A stretch of DNA of 63,841 nucleotides, counting the filler, from Octopus bimaculoides (Eukaryota): NCBI RefSeq assembly GCF_001194135.2. It is 8 parts of 6 records of this genome, joined end to end, with 100 filler letters (N's around TTAATTAATTAA, not from the genome) between each part and the next. Parts side by side here need not be neighbours in the genome. Positions count along the whole stretch, not along the records: positions 26,796 to 29,041 come from NC_069008.1; positions 29,142 to 41,149 come from NC_068989.1; 6 more parts are not named here. One strand, 5' to 3'. Positions within the stretch are counted from its first letter, which is position 1. Every line of letters starts with the position of its first letter. Made by a program: the position numbers and the translations under genes. Under the pieces are notes generated by a model. It had not been told where the DNA came from. It worked only from the letters and a program-made list of their open reading frames with translations, and did not search any database. Positions 27,365 to 39,524 of the stretch are shown one piece after another.

Positions 27365-27791
27365 CTGTTGGTAAGAATGGTAACAAAGATGATGAGAATC
27401 ATTATAATGTAGTAATGGTTGTAGTAGAGGTGTTTGGCGGTCATGGTATTGGTCGGGGTGCTGCTACTAGTGGAGTTGACAGCACCCACACACACACATA
27501 TATTCTTTTATTTTTTTTTTTAGTTGTTTCAGTCATTTGACTGCAGCCATGCTGGAGCACTGCCTCAAAGGGCTTTTTTTTTTTTTTCAGTCGAAGAAAT
27601 TGACCCTAGGATTTGTTCTTGTTCTTTGTAAGCCTAGTACTTATTGTATTGGTCTCTTTTGCCGAACTGCTAAGTTACGGGGCAGACCAGGACACCAACA
27701 TCGGTTGTCAAGCAACGACAGGGGAACAAACACAGACAGACATACATACATAAATATAGACACACACACACATACATAGATAGATATATAT

Positions 27792-27956
27792 GGACTGGCT
27801 GTGTGGTAAGTAGCTTGCTTACCAACCACATGATTCCGGGTTCAGTCCCTCTGCATGGCACCTTAGGCAAGTGTCTTCTACTATAGCCTCGAGCCGACCA
27901 AGGCCTTGTGAGTGGATTTGGTAGACGGAAACTGAAAGAAGCCTGTCGTATATATG

Positions 27957-27987
<31 letters not shown>

Positions 27988-28138
27988 ATGTGTATATGTT
28001 TGTGTGTCTGTATTTGTCCCCCCAACATCGCTAGACAACCGATGCTGGTGTGTTTACGTCCCCGTAACTTAGCGGTTTGGCAAAAGAGACCGAGAGAATA
28101 AGTGCTAGGCTTACAAAGAATAAGTCCTGGGGTCGATT
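27792..28138 (+). mobile_element. CORE-type SINE
   Basis: Highly similar to 12760-13154. An inverted partial copy lies at ~27520-27760. Confidence 0.8.
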
Positions 28139-28415
28139 NNNNNNNNNNNNNNNNNNNNNNNNNNNNNNNNNNNNNNNNNNNNNNNNNNNNNNNNNNNNNN
28201 NNNNNNNNNNNNNNNNNNNNNNNNNNNNNNNNNNNNNNNNNNNNNNNNNNNNNNNNNNNNNNNNNNNNNNNNNNNNNNNNNNNNNNNNNNNNNNNNNNNN
28301 NNNNNNNNNNNNNNNNNNNNNNNNNNNNNNNNNNNNNNNNNNNNNNNNNNNNNNNNNNNNNNNNNNNNNNNNNNNNNNNNNNNNNNNNNNNNNNNNNNNN
28401 NNNATATATATATAT

Positions 28416-28476
<61 letters not shown>

Positions 28477-28950
28477 TATATACATATACATATATATATA
28501 TGACGGGCTTAATTCTACCAAATCCAATCACAATTCTTTGGCCGGCTCATGGCTACATGGTGATGATATGACATTAATATATTAGTAATGGTAGTGGTTT
28601 GGATGGTGGTGGTAGTGGTGATGGTGGTGGTGGTGCGTATTAGTCAAACACTAAGTCTGATGGTATTGACAAATCCCTATCTCCATAAAATTGCTGGCCT
28701 TGTTCCAAAATCGAAAACAATTATTTATGAATTGTATGAGATAAAAGATAAAGCGAAGGTGTCTGGCCTGGCCTGGCCTGGCCTGGTGGTTAGGGTGTTG
28801 CACACATGATCGCTAGGTTCTGGGTTCGAGTCTTGGACTGGGCAGTGCATTGTGTTCTTGAGCAAAACACTTCATTTCACACAGCTCATAATTAACAAAT
28901 CCTCCTGTATTTTCTTTTACCCAAAGCCAGGAACTTTTCAGCATCCCCTC

Positions 28951-28994
<44 letters not shown>

Positions 28995-31363
28995 TCATCA
29001 TCATCATCATCATCATCGTTTAACGTCCGCTTTCCATACTANNNNNNNNNNNNNNNNNNNNNNNNNNNNNNNNNNNNNNNNNNNNTTAATTAATTAANNN
29101 NNNNNNNNNNNNNNNNNNNNNNNNNNNNNNNNNNNNNNNNNATATATATATATATACTACCAACACATGTTTAGGATCTTTCTTCATTAGTTTCCATTTA
29201 GTGTATCTTAATCAAAGTCATCCTGTTGAATCTCATACGTTTCTAAATATTTTCCCATAAAAGATTTTTTTGTTTCAACTCAGAAGGATAAACCAAAGCA
29301 CGTCAGTTATGGACCGCTCCCGCCAGTTATAGAAGTGGATTGGATTGGATTGGATTGGCTGAGTTTGGATTGGCTGAGTTTGGCTTGCCTTGACTTGGTT
29401 TGGCTTAGTTTGGCTTGGATTAGATTATCTTAGCTTTACTCAACGCATTTGTTTGAAAGTATGAGCGAAGGGTACAGTTGAGAAATGGGGAAGGGATAAG
29501 TGCTAATTACTTTTTTGACGAAAATCTGATTCCTTATCGGCTGAGCAAGCTACAGTTGAAAGAAAGAAAGAAAGAAAGAAAGAAAGAAATTATATAAGCT
29601 TATTATTTGCTAGAAGTTTTCCTCTTTATTTTGTTGGCGTTCACTTTAACTGATTTCCTGATTAAAATAAAAATCTTGTGATTGAATAGCTAAAGAATCA
29701 TGATGGAATGTTTTGGAGTTAGAAAAATAGCGGATTTCTTTAAAATCACGTTGGGTTCTTTTCCGCTTGTCGATTATTCTGCTACTAATATTTAATTCTC
29801 ATCTTTTCCAAGTGATATAAATCCAAAAGACGGGTATAAGAATACTGAGAAATTCATACTAGTTACATAGATTTAAAGTCACGCGAGTTTAAATTATATA
29901 TTAGTGAAGAAAACTAAAAGAAAAAGACATTTACCTAACGACATCCGGTTCTACTCAAGTAAAAAAAAAATGCAAAATAGCAAATGAAAATAATTTCCAT
30001 AAATATAAATACACAATAAAACTTGTACGACAGAAATATATTTGTAGATTCTGAGAAGTATGAAAACTGAAATGCATCCCAAGGATTATCCTAAGAAGCT
30101 TTAATCTTACGAATACAGATTTATAAAAAAAAATTATATACTTTAAAAAAAACAAGTATGTTTACGAGTTTGCATTACTCTTCGACTTCTATCAATCATT
30201 TTATGTAATCCTTGATATACATGTTTGAAATTTATTCCTTCTGAAAATCAAGTTCTAAACAGATTCTACTTTATATTTCTTATTGCACCGTCATCAGTAT
30301 AAAAAGTTATTCTATCTTTTGGTTTTACCGAAATGTCGTTTATTTATAAGTTTATACTCATCAAAGCATTCTTATTTTCAATCTACCCCTAACAACATTC
30401 ACTTGAAACTATCGCTTGGTGATAAAAACAAAAGCATAATTGTTATTCTTTACACACTCTTGGTAGTATTACTCTACAACAGCGTCAGTTCTAAAAGCGG
30501 ACAAAAATAAAGATAGTAATAATTCTTGTTACTATAGACACAAGGCCTGAATTTTGGGGGCTGAGAGAACTAGTCGATTACAATTGACCTCACTTCTCAA
30601 CTGATACTTATTTTATCGACCACAATAGTCGAAAGGTAAAGTCACCTCAGAGGTATTTGAACTCAGTAAAGAAATACCGCTAAGTATTTTGTCCAGCATA
30701 CTAACGGTTCTGCCAGCTAACCACAATAATGAGGAGAGTAATAATAAAATACTCAAATATCTTTATATTGCAGTGTTGATTTCTAACAAACTGAGCTGAT
30801 TAAGTTTGTTTTCTTCTAAAATATTATTATCTTAATATTAAGTTCTCATCCAGTACTTATCATATTAGATGTATTGTATTATTTCATAAAAAGGAAGATG
30901 CTAATACAAAACGGAAACCCAACCGAAATTGTCGATTTCGAGGTCACAAAAAGAGGTTACACTACAATGATTTCTTATTTAATTATTCGTGATACATATG
31001 AGGATTTTTTTTTCAGTACTTCAATCTACAATGGTCCCCATTTGTAGCGAAAATTCTTTTTGCCACCAACAGGGAATCAGATTTTTTCATGATTTCTATT
31101 AATAGGAAATGTGTACTGAACCCTGGAATTTTTAGCCACATAGAACGTTAACATATTTTTATCATTTAATCTGGAGTAAAGAACAATGCCAGCGACCGTT
31201 TACGGGACCTCCAAGACGGGTACGAAAGAGAAAGAGAAGAGGAAGATATCCTTAAACTGGAACCTGACATGAATGCTTGCAACAGAGTGGACTCCTCCGC
31301 TAAAGTTACACAAGGTGCCAGATGGTGACCTTAAAATGGACAACATACTAAGACTACCACTAA

Positions 31364-31444
31364 TGTAGGCCATGACGAGATTTGAATTCGTGTAGGTCAT
31401 GACGAGATTTGAAATCATGTAGGTCATGACGAGATTTGAATTCA
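31364..31444. repeat. 27-bp minisatellite, three copies
   Basis: TGTAGGTCATGACGAGATTTGAATTCA x3 with few substitutions. Confidence 0.9.
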
Positions 31445-32215
31445 TAATGCAATGAGCCAGACATCCCATCGGGTGTTCTAAGGAAACTATCAAACAAGCT
31501 TCCTAGACGGGAACGTTATCAACCCCGAAAGAATGAAGTCAAAGTTGATATTGGTGGATTTGAACTTAGTACACAAGAATAAACACCGTAATACATTTCG
31601 CTCAATGCTCTACGATTCTGCCAACTTGCTGTCCCTTGCTAGGAATAGCATCGATTGGAGAACTCTTTTGATTGTCGACACAGCACAGAAGTTTCAGTGT
31701 TCTTTTAGTAATATAAGTAACTAGAGTTAACTAGAGTCATGAAACTTCTATACTGCTTGCTAACAAAGCATAGGACAGTTACACATTGTTCGCACACGTT
31801 ACACTTATGAGTTGTATATTGTACATATTACGCATTTGTACATATTGCCCATGTGTCCAAGATTTGTCGCACAAACACACACTCACAAACGCGTACACAC
31901 ACACACACATACACAGACATACACACGAACACTTAGTTTCCCTTAATGCCACACTCTCCTTCTTTCCTTCTTTCTGACTCACACTAATCGCAAACTACAC
32001 AAACGATTTTCAAACATTAGGAAACATTTTATCTCTCTCTGACAAAAGATTTTTTCAGAAACATTAAACTTGAATTCTTCTTCGTAAAATTTATTCTGTC
32101 GTTTGATTGAATAGATATTTGTTTGCGCTGGTTAATATTCTTAAATTTTTTAAGATAGACATGGCAAATAACTGAATTATATACTTAATCGACTTTTTAA
32201 TCGTTTTTCTTTCAG

Positions 32216-32353
32216 ATGGTTACACCATGGTGGATGTTATCATGTATTGGCGCAATGGCAAAGATGCAGTTATGGGTGTTGATAGAGTCGAACTTCCGCA
32301 GTTTGACATTAAAGAATATAAAACTGTAGTAACAATTGAGAAACTAACAACAG
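32216..32353 (+). CDS. Internal exon (138 bp, phase 1/1) of an LCCH3/GABA-A beta-like ligand-gated ion channel subunit, distal extracellular domain
   Basis: Acceptor ttttctttcag| and donor G|gtaaag. Translates (Y)GYTMVDVIMYWRNGKDAVMGVDRVELPQFDIKEYKTVVTIEKLTT(G), with the YGYT and ELPQF motifs. Joins the next exon in frame. Confidence 0.95.
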
Positions 32354-32716
32354 GTAAAGCATTCTTCTATTTTTTATTTTCTAATTATGTCTTCTTTATA
32401 AGTCTGCGTGTTAGCAGAATAATTAGAGTATAATAAAAGGACAGAAAAAGCACACAGTCTTACTCCGAGCTTATTTAGGAGTAAAGTATTATTTATAAAG
32501 TGGGAAATTGTTTGTTCTTTCTTTAATATAAGGGCATGCGTGGTTATATCACCCTTTAGTACTTCTGCCTTTTACATAATATTAGCAGACGTAATCTTAC
32601 CTTTCCCGTCACTCAAAAAAGAAATACAGCAGTCTTTGAGAATCATTTTCATAACTTTTCCTCTGTGTATATAAGCTAAGGGTTGCAATTCATGTACATA
32701 TTTGAGTACATGTTTG

Positions 32717-32764
<48 letters not shown>

Positions 32765-32853
32765 TGTACTGTTCCGTGATGGTAAGATCAACACAAAAAG
32801 TATTCCATCTGGTGAGAGATGAATATTATTTTATAAGCACGATATATATTTTT

Positions 32854-32993
32854 ATGTGCTACTATTAGTTTCATGTGCTGAGAACATGCTAAATAGTGTA
32901 TTATAAAACGTCTAATGATTGTGTTGGGACACTAGACGTCTTATATTACACTGTTTGGCACGTCCTCAGCACATGAAACTAATAGTAGCACAT
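32854..32993. repeat. Intronic inverted repeat (61-bp arms, 18-nt loop)
   Basis: 32854-32914 versus 32933-32993 has six mismatches and extends imperfectly to about 32829-33019. Confidence 0.9.
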
Positions 32994-33316
32994 GAAAACA
33001 TATATTGTGTTTATTAAAAAAAATTATATATATATAGTGATTGTACTTAATATCATTTGATTCTAGAATTGTTGACAGAATCAACCGTTGTGGATAGTTT
33101 ATTTCTGTCAACATTTCTACGTATAAAAGTTATATATCTCTGACTTGACGATATGACAATAAGTACTGATTGTGTAATTTACATTATGTAACTAACAATC
33201 ACCTTGTGCTAATGAAACGTACGTACGTAAGCTTATTTAACTAAATATCTTATGAACAATCTCTCATGCTTTGCTTTATTTTACACATACACACACACAT
33301 TGTGCGTGTATATATA

Positions 33317-33384
<68 letters not shown>

Positions 33385-33564
33385 TGGGGATAGTATAAAT
33401 AACCAACCAGACATAGCCATAGGTTCATTAGCAGCAAAGCATCGTTTCTAAAGAATGAGTGTACGACAGATCTGGAATATTAATTTCCATTTCCTTTTCT
33501 ATAAAATTCCATTTCCTATAAAACTAGAGGATGAATTTTTGCCTCGATAAGGAAATTTTTCTAT

Positions 33565-33920
33565 TCTCTTTTACTCTTTTACTTGTTTCAGTCGTTTGAC
33601 TGTGGCCATGCTGGAGCACCACCTTTAGTCGAGCAAATCGACCCCAGGACTTATTCTTTGGAAGCCTAGTACTTATTCTATCGGTCTCTTTGCCGAACCA
33701 CTAAGTTACGGGGACATAAACACACCAGCATAGGTTGTCAAGCGATGTTGGGGGGGGGGACAAACACAGACATACAAACACATACACACATACATATATA
33801 TATACATATATACGACAGGCTTCTTTCAGTTTCCGTCTACCAAATCCACTCACAAGGCTTTGGTCGGCCCGAGGCTATAGTAGAAGACACTTGCCCAAGA
33901 TGCCACGCAGTGGGACTGAA
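33565..33920 (-). mobile_element. CORE-type SINE inside the confirmed receptor intron
   Basis: Reverse complement of the 13405-13831 family, lacking the extreme 5' head. Confidence 0.8.
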
Positions 33921-34096
33921 CTATCTTTCACTAGGCAGCATAATTAAACTCAGCGCTGGATGCAGAGAAGTTGTGAATTTGTCTTTGTCATCCAAATAAT
34001 ATATAACATATAACAGGGATAATCTATAATCGTTTATGAACCCTGGGTCCCCGCTGTAACGCTTGTTTAACGTTATTATTTCTCATTTTCTTTCAG

Positions 34097-34249
34097 GAAA
34101 CTACCAGCGACTCTCACTGAGTTTTAAGTTACAGCGGAATATTGGATATTTCATATTCCAGACATATTTGCCGTCCATTTTGATTGTAATGCTGTCATGG
34201 GTGTCATTTTGGATTAATCATGAAGCAACATCAGCACGTGTGGCCTTGG
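34097..34249 (+). CDS. Internal exon (153 bp, phase 1/1) of the same receptor: pre-M1, M1 and start of M2
   Basis: Acceptor cattttctttcag| and donor G|gtaagt. Translates (G)[50 protein letters not shown](G), nearly identical to insect LCCH3 and Lymnaea GABA-R beta as recalled. Confidence 0.97.
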
Positions 34250-34534
34250 GTAAGTTACCCGAGTTTTTTTTTTGTTTTTTGTTCTTAGTTCTTAACGTTT
34301 TCCAAGTAATATGACGTATTCCACCTCCGTCTGTTTATCTTTTTTTCTTTTTAAAGTCATTAGACTGCAGCCATGCTGGAGCATCGCCTTCAATTTTTTG
34401 TCGAATGAATCGACCGCAGTACTTTTTTTGCATACCAAGTACTTAATTTATCGCTCTCCTGTGCTGAACCACTCTTGGTGCAAACACACCAACACCGGCT
34501 GTCAAATGATGGGGGAAAATACAAGCACAAAGAT

Positions 34535-34585
<51 letters not shown>

Positions 34586-35284
34586 NNNNNNNNNNNNNNN
34601 NNNNNNNNNNNNNNNNNNNNNNNNNNNNNNNNNNNNNNNNNNNNNNNNNNNNNNNNNNNNNNNNNNNNNNNNNNNNNNNNNNNNNNNNNNNNNNNNNNNN
34701 NNNNNNNNNNNNNNNNNNNNNNNNNNNNNNNNNNNNNNNNNNNNNNNNNNNNNNNNNNNNNNNNNNNNNNNNNNNNNNNNNNNNNNNNNNNNNNNNNNNN
34801 NNNNNNNNNNNNNNNNNNNNNNNNNNNNNNNNNNNNNNNNNNNNNNNNNNNNNNNNNNNNNNNNNNNNNNNNNNNNNNNNNNNNNNNNNNNNNNNNNNNN
34901 NNNNNNNNNNNNNNNNNNNNNNNNNNNNNNNNNNNNNNNNNNNNNNNNNNNNNNNNNNNNNNNNNNNNNNNNNNNNNNNNNNNNNNNNNNNNNNNNNNNN
35001 NNNNNNNNNNNNNNNNNNNNNNNNNNNNNNNNNNNNNNNNNNNNNNNNNNNNNNNNNNNNNNNNNNNNNNNNNNNNNNNNNNNNNNNNNNNNNNNNNNNN
35101 NNNNNNNNNNNNNNNNNNATATATATACGATGGATTTCTTTCACTTTCTATCTACCAAATCTACTAACAAGGCTTGGTCGGCCCGAGGCTATAGTAGATG
35201 ACACTTGCCCAGGGTAACACGTGGAACTCAACCCGAAGCCATGTGGTTTTTGAAGCTGCATACCATTATATATAGAGAGAGAGA

Positions 35285-35460
35285 GGCAGGCGTGGCAATC
35301 TGGTAATAAGCCTGTCTCACAAACACATGGTTCCGGAGATCAATCCCATTGCGTGGTACCTAGGACAAGTCTCTTCTACTATAACCTCGGATCTACCAAA
35401 GCCTTGTGGCAGAAACTGAAAGAAACCTGTCGTGTATGTATATGCATATATCTATGTGCG
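35285..35460 (+). mobile_element. Diverged CORE-type SINE 5' half
   Basis: GCAGGCGTGGC...GGTACCTAGGACAAGTCTCTTCTACTATAACCTCGG...GAAACTGAAAGAAACCTGTCG. Confidence 0.65.
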
Positions 35461-36681
35461 TGTGTTTTTATGTCTGTGTTTGTCCGCCACCATACATACA
35501 TATATATGTATATATATATATATAGATATATATATATATATAATAAAGATTATTATTTATAGGATACATACAGTAGAACGAAAATTCAAATAATACTATA
35601 AATGTATTAATAGCATTAGTCTTAAAATCTACTAAAACGAAGAAGAAAAACACTAAGACTAAAGACGACACACAGACATTTAACAGACAAGACATACTCA
35701 CACAGCATACACCACAAGTAGAAATGTCAAAAAATAGTGATACCACCCCTGTTAGCTCCAGCATCCCATGTAGTAACACAGACCTAAATGCAGACAGACA
35801 AAACACGCAGACCCACAAAATCCCACAAAAACACAAGGCTCACATTATAGCATACGCCAAAAGCACGGCAATCGAACGCATGATTACCAAGATTAAATCA
35901 GTAATCAGAGTGAGATTGCCGGCTGAGGCGAAACTGGAATATACCAAATGCATAATTTATCGACAGAGAAAAATACACAAAATTGAAAGAAATATCTGGT
36001 TCATTCATTGACCCGTTAGGAGAGGAGGTAGAATACGAAACCCTACCTCCGGTTGTGGATTACAAAGACATAATACAGTACATGAACTAGTAAATACAGT
36101 AAATGAAATTTTATATGATGAAAATTTGATAAAAAAAAAGACTGAAAACAAAAACAGTTAAATGTAACCACCCGAGAATGAGGCTCGAGTGACCACTTCA
36201 TCTTCATTTTATATAATTTCACCTTTCATCCATTTCATGTTTTTGTCCCCACTTGTATTGTCTTGTCTGTCCTTGTGCCGTCCACTCTGTATTTCAGGCC
36301 TTTGTGCCTAATAAAGAATCGGGGTAGTTAACGGTGTTAGTGCGACCGTTTTGGTTAACAGTGTTAGTTCGACGTGTGTTGGTTAACCGTTAGCTCGATG
36401 CATGTTGGTTTAACAGTCGATAGTTGAACAGTGGAATACTGAATATCAAATCTACGTTCGAGCAGTACGGAATGTGTTCTGCGTTAACATATACTATTAT
36501 GCAATAGGTTGCTTTAGATAACCACAACCAACAATTTATTTGTGTAATACTATTTTACACCAGACGTGTATATCCACGTCATGAAATTCGCAAACATCAA
36601 TTCTTCTTTGTTGTTCATGAACCAAATATATAAAATCAAATATGCTTCTCATCTTTCGTAAACAGTCTGTGAATCATACAC

Positions 36682-36714
<33 letters not shown>

Positions 36715-36787
36715 TGTATGTATGTATGCATGCATGTATGTATGTATACACACACACATATATATATATGTGTGTATGTGTTCATGC

Positions 36788-36838
<51 letters not shown>

Positions 36839-37030
36839 TTTCAATTTGTTTACAGGAAACGTTTTTTTGTATGCATACAAAAGCTTCTATTGTATTATGT
36901 CGGTTACAGCCTAATGATACCAACTTGCCATAACAATTTTATGGGGTTGTACCGAGTTGTGCCGATAGGATAAATATAATAATAATAATAATAATAATAA
37001 TCTATGGATAGAATTTATAAATATTTTAAT

Positions 37031-37251
37031 GCATTTCCACGAATCACATGTTATTTTAGGATCATAGTCTGTATTCCTGTGATCATTACAGTACTCTCTG
37101 TAGTATCCATGGACATCATGTGGATCATATCCATGTGCTCATTCCCTCATGTATATTATTCCCTCGATGTCCATGAATACTACGGAGTGTACTGCAATCA
37201 TCCCAGAAATACGGACTATGATCATAAGAAACATGTGATTTGTGGAAACGC
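37031..37251. repeat. Inverted repeat (87/86-bp arms, 48-nt loop)
   Basis: 37031-37117 versus 37166-37251, about 85% complementary. Confidence 0.9.
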
Positions 37252-37742
37252 GCGTAGCGATACTTCAAAACATTTATAAACTCAATCCATGAATGATTGT
37301 TATTACTATATATNNNNNNNNNNNNNNNNNNNNNNNNNNNNNNNNNNNNNNNNNNNNNNNNNNNNNNNNNNNNNNNNNNNNNNNNNNNNNNNNNNNNNNN
37401 NNNNNNNNNNNNNNNNNNNNNNNNNNNNNNNNNNNNNNNNNNNNNNNNNNNNNNNNNNNNNNNNNNNNNNNNNNNNNNNNNNNNNNNNNNNNNNNNNNNN
37501 NNNNNNNNNNNNNNNNNNNNNNNNNNNNNNNNNNNNNNNNNNNNNNNNNNNNNNNNNNNNNNNNNNNNNNNNNNNNNNNNNNNNNNNNNNNNNNNNNNNN
37601 NNNNNNNNNNNNNNNNNNNNNNNNNNNNNNNNNNNNNNNNNNNNNNNNNNNNNNNNNNNNNNNNNNNNNNNNNNNNNNNNNNNNNNNNNNNNNNNNNNNN
37701 NNNNNNNNNNNNNNNNNNNNNNNNNNNNNNNNNNNNNNNNNN

Positions 37743-37791
<49 letters not shown>

Positions 37792-38098
37792 CATACATAC
37801 ATACATACATACATACATGTATAATTGTCGTGCTGATGACGCCTATTGAAGTAGAAGCACATGCTCCTGACTGCGTTCTTATATTCAGACAATAATCTGT
37901 CCTCTTTTGTAGTAAATCAACATTGGAGATGTCTTTCTTCTTGAGGTTATCTCCCCTGCCCATATGGAGCTAGCTTCGATCAACGGTTAATAATTGTCAC
38001 ACATACTCGAGAGGTGAAGAGAATAATAATATATCATTAATTTCTGTCGTATAGTATTTGATATACCTATATTTGAAATATCTGTATTTGTCAATGTC

Positions 38099-38184
<86 letters not shown>

Positions 38185-39524
38185 GGATATACATACATAT
38201 CTATATATACAGAGAAATATACATATAAATAAAAGTGCGTGTAGGTTCGTGTCTGTATTGCATGTGTATGTATGTGTGCATGGATGTGCGTATGCAAGTG
38301 TGTGTGTGTGTGTGCGTGCGTGCGTGTGTGAGCGTTGTTTGCAAATATATCAAAATCTCTGTGTTTGTGTTGTTTTCTTTATGTTAATAAGAATTGGAAT
38401 GCGTAATCCGTAATTGAATTTTGTGAAACTTACAATCAGATAACGAGACAGAATATTCTTTAGCTTTCCAATTTTTATAAATAATTTATAACGACAATAC
38501 TCTTGGTGTACTAGTTTTTGTACAGTAATTTATGTGAGCATATGTGTTTATGCGTGTGTGTGTGTGTATATACATATATATATATGTAAGTTGTATTTTC
38601 CGAGTTGTGTATACCAGAGATATTTACATTCCCGGCTTCTACATCGTCGCTCGGCCTGTTAGAATGACTACACTGCCAGCTTTAAAATGGAAGGATAAGC
38701 TTGATGACGCATTTCTAGATATACTAAGTCTGAAAATAAAAATGATTGGTTTCTTAAGAGTGGAATACCTTTAATCAGAGTTCTATTCAGTCAGAACCGA
38801 TCTGGTTCTAAGCAGCAATAACAAATAAACAACAACAACCAAAGCAACAATAACTGAAGCGTTTCTTTTACTACTACAAGGTTCCCCAACAGTCTTTCAA
38901 ACTTACGAAAAAGAAGGCATTAGTAAAATTCTCGTTTCTGGCTTGTTTGGTTGGTTGTTTGTTTTTTGTGTGTTGTTTTGTTTTTTTGTATCTTCATTAT
39001 TTCGTTTTACTGTCGTCATGATGCTTTTGGTGACTCGTTTAGAAGTACGATTCGCAACAACTAGGTTTCGGCTTCAGTGAAACTAAGTGGACGGCACATT
39101 GGGCAAGTGTTTGCTATTATAGCCCTGTGCTGACAAATTCCTTAAGAATGTATTTAGTAGATGGAAACTGTATGGAAAGCCATCGCATATATCCGAAATA
39201 AAATAAAGCCATTAGACAAACGAATGGCTTTATCGGCATCACTCCAAATATTTTGCCTAATTTCTCATCTGCATTACTCAAAGGTCTGCTTTAAAAATAT
39301 CTATATCACACATATATGGGTGAGTGTTAACAGGTTATGTGAATGCCGTTTAAAATTTGCGACTGTTGTTTCGGTAGAATTTTATTTAATGTAGCCGTAA
39401 AAGATTACATCATAATATACAATCAACCTTCATCAGGTAAAATTTTAGACAGGTAAGACTTTAAACAGTCTGCTTGGACGTAGCCAACATTTGTGGCCTT
39501 ATGCTTATGTAGCTATGTATATAT

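Noticed and set aside
31364-31444. Short regular repeats as a CRISPR array
   Set aside because: Head-to-tail tandem with no unique spacers, no cas genes, and a eukaryotic context.
35570-36330. Possible Penelope GIY-YIG remnant (95-aa ORF)
   Set aside because: Similarity too weak to support without a profile search.
38615-38729. Minus-strand AG...GT bounded segment
   Set aside because: Stops in all three frames.
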